From: Scenedesmus sp. PABB004
Taxonomy: Eukaryota
Assembly: GCA_014905635.1 (NCBI GenBank)
Contig: JABVCE010000014.1
Coordinates: 930,001 to 994,000, forward strand
Length of the DNA: 64,000 nt
Direction: 5' to 3'
A model generated the notes under the pieces. It did not search any database, was not told where the DNA came from, and was given only the letters and a program-made list of their open reading frames with translations. Positions 61,894-64,000 of this stretch are shown in pieces. Both the position numbers and the translations under genes were made by a program. Every line of letters starts with the position of its first letter. Within the stretch, counting starts at the first letter, position 1.

Positions 61894-63654
61894 TCACAGG
61901 TAGTGCATCGCCGCGCCGGCGGGGTCGTCGTACTCGTCGTCGTGCCCCTCGCTCGCGTAGCTCATGCGCGGCTTGTTGGCGGTGAGCTTCTCGCTGATCA
62001 TCGCGCACGCGAGCTGGATGGCGCCGTAGCTCCCGCTCACGCTCACCTCGCGCTCGTGCGTGTGCGGGTCCATCTTGCTGCGGTCGCTGATCTTGATGGT
62101 CACCTTGGCGTTCTGCGCGGCGGCACCGCGCGGCGGCGCGCGGGCGGGCGGGCGGGTGGGTGGGTGGGTGGGTGGGTGGGTGGGTGGGTGGGTGGGGGAA
62201 GAGCAGCGGGCGCGTGGGCAGAGGCCGCCCGTGCGACGCGCTGGGGCCGCGCGCTGCTGACCCCCCTCCCCCGAACCGCCCCCGCCTCGCCTGCTGTATC
62301 TGCGTCAGCGTCTGGCCCTTCTTGCCCAGCACCGCGCCGACGTCCTCGTCCTGCAGCGCCATCAGCAGCTGCGCCTTGGCCGCGCCGAGCACGCTGCGCG
62401 CGGTGCTCGTGCGCACGGCGGGGATGAGGCCCTGCGTGTTGGCCAGCTGCAGCGTGAGGTCCATGTAGGCACCAAACTTGTCGTCAGCAGACAGCTGCGC
62501 ACGCGGACGCACGGACGCGGCACGGCGGCGGCGGCGGGACAGCGGCGGCGGGCGGGGCGTGCGGGGCGTGAGGGGCGGCGCGTCGCGGCGCGGGCCGCGC
62601 CACACTGCGCCGCGGTCCTCCTCCCGCGCCCGCCGCGGCGCGCCGCCACGCCGCCACGCACCGTGTTGAGTATGAGCGCGACCGCGCGCAGCACCTTGTC
62701 GCGGCCGCCGCTGACGGTGATGAGTCGCTCGCTGTCGCTGGGCGTGAGCTCGCTGAGCGGCTGCACCCGGATCGTCGCGCCGCTGTCAGACATGAAGTCG
62801 CGGATGGTCTGGCCCTTCTGCCCGATCACAGCGCCGCACAGCTTGCGCGACACAGCCATCTTGACCTGACGCGCCGCAGGAGCGGGCGGCGCGGCGCCGC
62901 GGACGTGGGCGCACCGCGCGCGGCGGCGACGCGCCGCGTGCGCCGCGCCGACCGCTGCGTGCGCGGCGCCGCGTCGAGCGCCGCACCGCGTCCTCGCGCG
63001 GCTTGGCCGCCGCGCGGCCCATGGCCATGGCGGGCTCCTTGGGGAGCTTCTCGAGCATGAGGAAGACGCTGGTCAGCACGCTGTGCAGCGAGCCGCTCAG
63101 CAGCAGCACGCGCTCGCTCGTGCCTGCGGCGGCGGCACGGCGCACGGCGCACGGCGCGGCGCGGCGCGCGGCGGGGTTGTGTGGGCTGGCGTGGGCGCCG
63201 CGGGCGCGGGTGGTGGCGGCCCTGGCAGGGCGCTGGCGCTGGCGGGCGGCCCCCGGACCTGGGTAGAACTCGCCCGCCCGGGAGAGCTGCACCCGGGCGC
63301 CGGAGTTCTTCTGGATCTGCTCGATGGTCTGTCCGCCCTGTGGGCACGCGCGACGGCCGGCGGGATCAGGCCCACGCCGCCCAGGCGCGGCAGGGCGGGC
63401 GGGGTCGCGGCCATCTGCTGCTCCCCGCGCGCCCGCCCCGACGCGCCGCGACGCGCCTTGCCGATCACGCTGCCCGCGGCGGCGTTGGAGATGAGGAGCT
63501 TGGCGATGACGGGCTGGCCGCCGCTGGGCGTGTCGGCGCTGGTGCCGGGCAGGCCCTCGCAGGCGCTGCTCGCGGGCGCCTCCTCCTCGTCCTCCACGTC
63601 GGCCTCCTCCTCGAGCTCGGCCTCCAGCTCCGCCTCCAGCTCGTGGTCGGCCAT
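61894..63654 (-). CDS. BTR1: Triple KH-domain RNA-binding protein, BTR1/NOVA-like
   Basis: KLLISNAAAGSVIGKGGQTI...SGARVQLSR..EFYPGTSER, CGAVIGQKGQTI and VGAVLGKKGQTL...IKISDR. Confidence 0.88.
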
Positions 63655-64000
63655 AGGGGCGGGCGGGGGGTGCGGGGGGCGGGTGGTGGGCGATGGGGGA
63701 GGGCGGGGGTGGTCGAAGGGGGCGTCGGGGGAGGCGTGTGGCGGGCGCGGGCGGGCGGGCCGCAACCTGGCGTCCCTGCAGCAGCAGCCGCGCTTTTGGC
63801 ACGGCCCTGCGCCGCGAGCCTGCACACCGGCGTGCCGGGGGCTCCCTCCCAGACGCCGCGCCCGCCCCCACATCCCCACGCGCGATCTGGCGCGCCGCCG
63901 CACGCCCAGCAGCGCCGACGCGGCGCGACAGCGCGCAAACCATCACGCCGCCGCGCCGGCGCAGCGCACCGCCCGCGGCGCGCCGGGCCGGCGGGGCATG

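Noticed and set aside
9175..63654. Possible antiviral island (Dicer, SAMHD1, NADAR domain, BTR1-like KH)
   Set aside because: The genes are spread over 54 kb among housekeeping genes, and each has an ordinary cellular role.

Overview
Gene-dense, extremely GC-rich, intron-containing eukaryotic DNA. Gene content, plastid-type transit peptides, short introns and TGTAA poly(A) signals point to a chlorophyte green alga (Sphaeropleales-like, inferred). The six-frame ORF track is mostly GC-driven noise. Splicing by eye gives 22 protein genes: nitrite reductase (truncated by the window edge), TMEM216-like, sirohydrochlorin ferrochelatase, molybdate transporter, SET/LSMT-like methyltransferase, Dicer-like, secreted heme peroxidase, DNAI3/IC140, B9D1, DHQ-SDH, an OPR protein, an unknown membrane/coiled-coil protein, TMEM45-like, beta-carbonic anhydrase, SAMHD1-like, GRXS17, PHT4, a TLC protein, PyrR, a filamin-RRM-RS protein, reeler-DOMON-cyt b561 and a triple-KH protein. 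Most notable: (1) a ~530-bp inverted duplication bracketing MOT1 that gives sirB and the unrelated SET gene the same upstream region, start codon and 41-aa presequence; (2) NiR clustered with siroheme and molybdate supply genes; (3) an intronic U36/snR47-like C/D snoRNA whose boxes are all U-to-C shifted; (4) an intronic pre-miRNA-like hairpin; (5) about 20 GC-AG introns; (6) a class-III-like secreted peroxidase. CDS coordinates are gene spans including introns. Exon structures and family calls were made by eye, without database searches.
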